Shown: piece by piece, positions 61,539 to 64,000 of the stretch
Layout: the number at the start of each line of letters is the position of its first letter
How positions within the stretch are numbered: the first letter of the stretch is position 1
Assembly: GCF_964204645.1 (NCBI RefSeq)
Contig: NC_134026.1
Coordinates: 331,850-395,849 of the forward strand
DNA from: Tubulanus polymorphus
Lineage: Eukaryota > Animalia > Nemertea
DNA: 64,000 bases
Direction of reading: 5' to 3'
Notes under the pieces: generated by a model
Database searches by the model: none
Seen by the model: the letters and a program-made list of their open reading frames with translations, nothing else
Told to the model about the DNA's origin: nothing
Position numbers and translations under genes: made by a program

Positions 61539-63750
61539 TGATTATGAAATCCCTAACATCATAAGAAAACAAAAGTTCAGGATACGCCCAATTTACAGCA
61601 ACGCGGTAAGACATGTATGTATCACAGAACTAATCCACCTTTTCACTACGAATCAAATTGTTCGTTATAATTATTAGCGATTTCCTTAGAAACATTTGCT
61701 ACCATGAGATCAGATATTTAAAGCCCTTTACAACAGTTTATATTTATATATACACGTATATGCCTGCACTATGTGAAATGGAATTTTGAATTAAGGTATG
61801 AAATACGTTCTGAATTCTATAGAGAAATCACACATTTTCTAATCGGATAAGATTTATTTTCAGACACCTGGAACCAAACTGCCCGAATGTCCAAGGTGTT
61901 TCAATGCTACAATAATATTGTTCCCTTTTACTCGTTTTGATTGGACGAAACAAATAATAAGGTTCACCCCGTGTCCTCTCATTGGATCTGAAACAGACTA
62001 ATTCCGAGGTTTCATTGGATAAAACAGATCACTTCCGGTACATCCAACATTCCGTGTTGAAGTTACATAAATATGTTATTTGTTCGAAATCTATTTACTT
62101 ATTTACAAGTGAATTAAAAGCCGATTCTTATAATTAATTACATACGCTTTATCGGATTGCGTGGTGAATGTTGTAATGGGCTTCGATCAGGTTTCTATTT
62201 TGACATAATAAACCCGCACCACGTCACGTCCACCTCTATAATTAATCTCATTAACTTAACGACTATAGAATTCATTAACTGGTTGCATTCTATAGATATC
62301 TGATTTCATACAATGAAAGTACATATTTATGTAAAATTATGTAAAGTACTTTCGAATCAAAAGTTCCACCATCAAATATAGACATTTTAACCATTATTCA
62401 ATCAGAAAATCTCTACTCTCACCTCGAGGAACTTTTTTTAAAACTTATATTCACTTGTGATGAGAGAAAGCTTATAAACCTATAAACTATCTCTTGTAAA
62501 TCAAATATCTGACATGTATTTTTTATGAGCGTGTTGGAGCAGGTACCACTTTTGACATTTTCAAAGCTATTCTAAAAAAATTGCGAATGTTGCGCGCGTA
62601 CAAAAGAAATGATTATAATATCCTTATTCACAAGCGTTGATTTTATTACCATCATCAGTAATACAAAAAGTCCGGTGTATTATGTATGAACTAGGACAGT
62701 TTAACTGATCATTTCATGTTCTGATTAACGATATGATATATTCATTTATTCGTGTATATGGTCGGACTGAATGTATGAATGAAAAGAACGTTTTTTATTT
62801 CTCGTCTATTTACCTTGTCTTTTGTGCGGCTTAAATAGATATGTATATATATATTGTCTGACAATGTCTGTATAGTACAGAATGTATACGAATCAAAATA
62901 TTCACATGTCATTTACGTAAGGGGCAATGATTGATAAGATAGCTGTCTAATGATAGTTTTATAGATGATAAATCGACTAGACCGGTTTCTATGGACCTCT
63001 TCTGAATGTCTAATGGATTAACGTCAGAAAGTGACTTCCTCGACTAAAAGCAAATGTAGAGGAAATGACCGTTCCTTTCACGCTGCATCAGAATATCAAC
63101 TAAGGTAACAACTTACTGATCGAAAACCAACGATGAGATATGTTTGATCATCAGTATTAGCTCATTGATGAAATGACTACTAAAAGGCCCGTTTGTATCG
63201 CCAGAAGATGATGCTGAACACGTTATAATTAAGCGCTAATCAATATAATCAGTAGGAATTACTCACATTTTACACGCACGAACCCTCTTTCGATATATCA
63301 CAATAATAACTAAAGCTCTCATTTACATTTCACCCGCGGCCAGACGAGTTTTCGCGAACTCAACGCAAGACTAACAGAAACCAGTTTAAGAGATCGGCGG
63401 GAAACTATATATGACTAGAAAACAATATCAACATTTGGCGATTATGCAAAACGGTCCCCAGTGTTGAATAATTTATTTTTATAAGTGTATTTCGTAAAAG
63501 TATCGTGATGGGGTGGGTTTTTTTGCGGTGAAAATCCCCCACTTTTTTGACTTGAAGTGCAAGAGACAATCTTAAATTCAATTTATTCATATTAACAAAA
63601 ACACATCTCTCCAGGTATTTTTTATATTAACATATCCAATTTATTGATATTTTACTGCACAGTAAAACAAAAGAATATCATGAGCATAAAATAATGAGAA
63701 TCCCACAATGATAATGAAAGACAAAGTCCGAAATTAATTTCTAGAGCCAA

Positions 63751-63800
63751 TAATTTCTTCGACGTTTCGACAATATTCTTATAGTCATCTTCAGGAATTA
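63751..63800 (-). ncRNA. Minimal hammerhead ribozyme motif, Penelope-like-element type
   Basis: Minus strand TAATTC-CTGAAGA-T-GACTAT(AAGAAT)ATTGTC-GAAA-CG-TC-GAAGAAATTA: intact core, stem II with one mismatch, bulged stem I. Confidence 0.6.
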
Positions 63801-64000
63801 TTTACGGAAGAAAATACTAAAGAACGGTATGGGAACGCATACGACGAAATTATTTTTGTTTGATCGTAAATTAATCAAAGTCGATGTTTTCAATTTCAAT
63901 CGCCAGAAATCGTTTTTGATTCGCTGAAGAAATTACAGAACCAGGGCCGTACATTTACATATCAAATGAAGGGAAATTATCAGGTTTTTAAATGTATTTG

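Overview
AT-rich, intron-containing eukaryotic DNA from a compact animal genome. An invertebrate, probably a marine lophotrochozoan, is inferred from intron style and gene content and is not proven. The two ends are gene-dense: TTC1 (+, 92-1804), then PWWP2-like (-), EXOSC1 (-), CHMP7 (-), VKORC1 (+), COQ5 (-) and a DEG/ENaC/ASIC-family channel (-) between 43.7 and 61.5 kb. A ~38-kb island (~2.0-40.5 kb) with no recognisable conserved gene lies between the convergent TTC1 and PWWP2 genes, a pair that is also adjacent in human. The island holds a candidate spliced orphan gene with a textbook CCAAT/CRE/TATA promoter, degenerate transposon relics and a series of unrelated hairpin-containing tandem repeats. 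These include a three-block higher-order satellite (21.6-28.4 kb) and a 9-kb array (31.5-40.5 kb) of tRNA-sized 69/72-bp B-box-containing monomers punctuated by 14.5 copies of a 166-bp palindromic pogo/Tigger-like MITE. Two minimal Penelope-type hammerhead ribozyme motifs (59.25 kb, 63.75 kb), several MITEs and an L2-like LINE tail lie in introns or intergenic DNA. All calls were made by eye with no database search, and splice and repeat coordinates may be off by a few bases.
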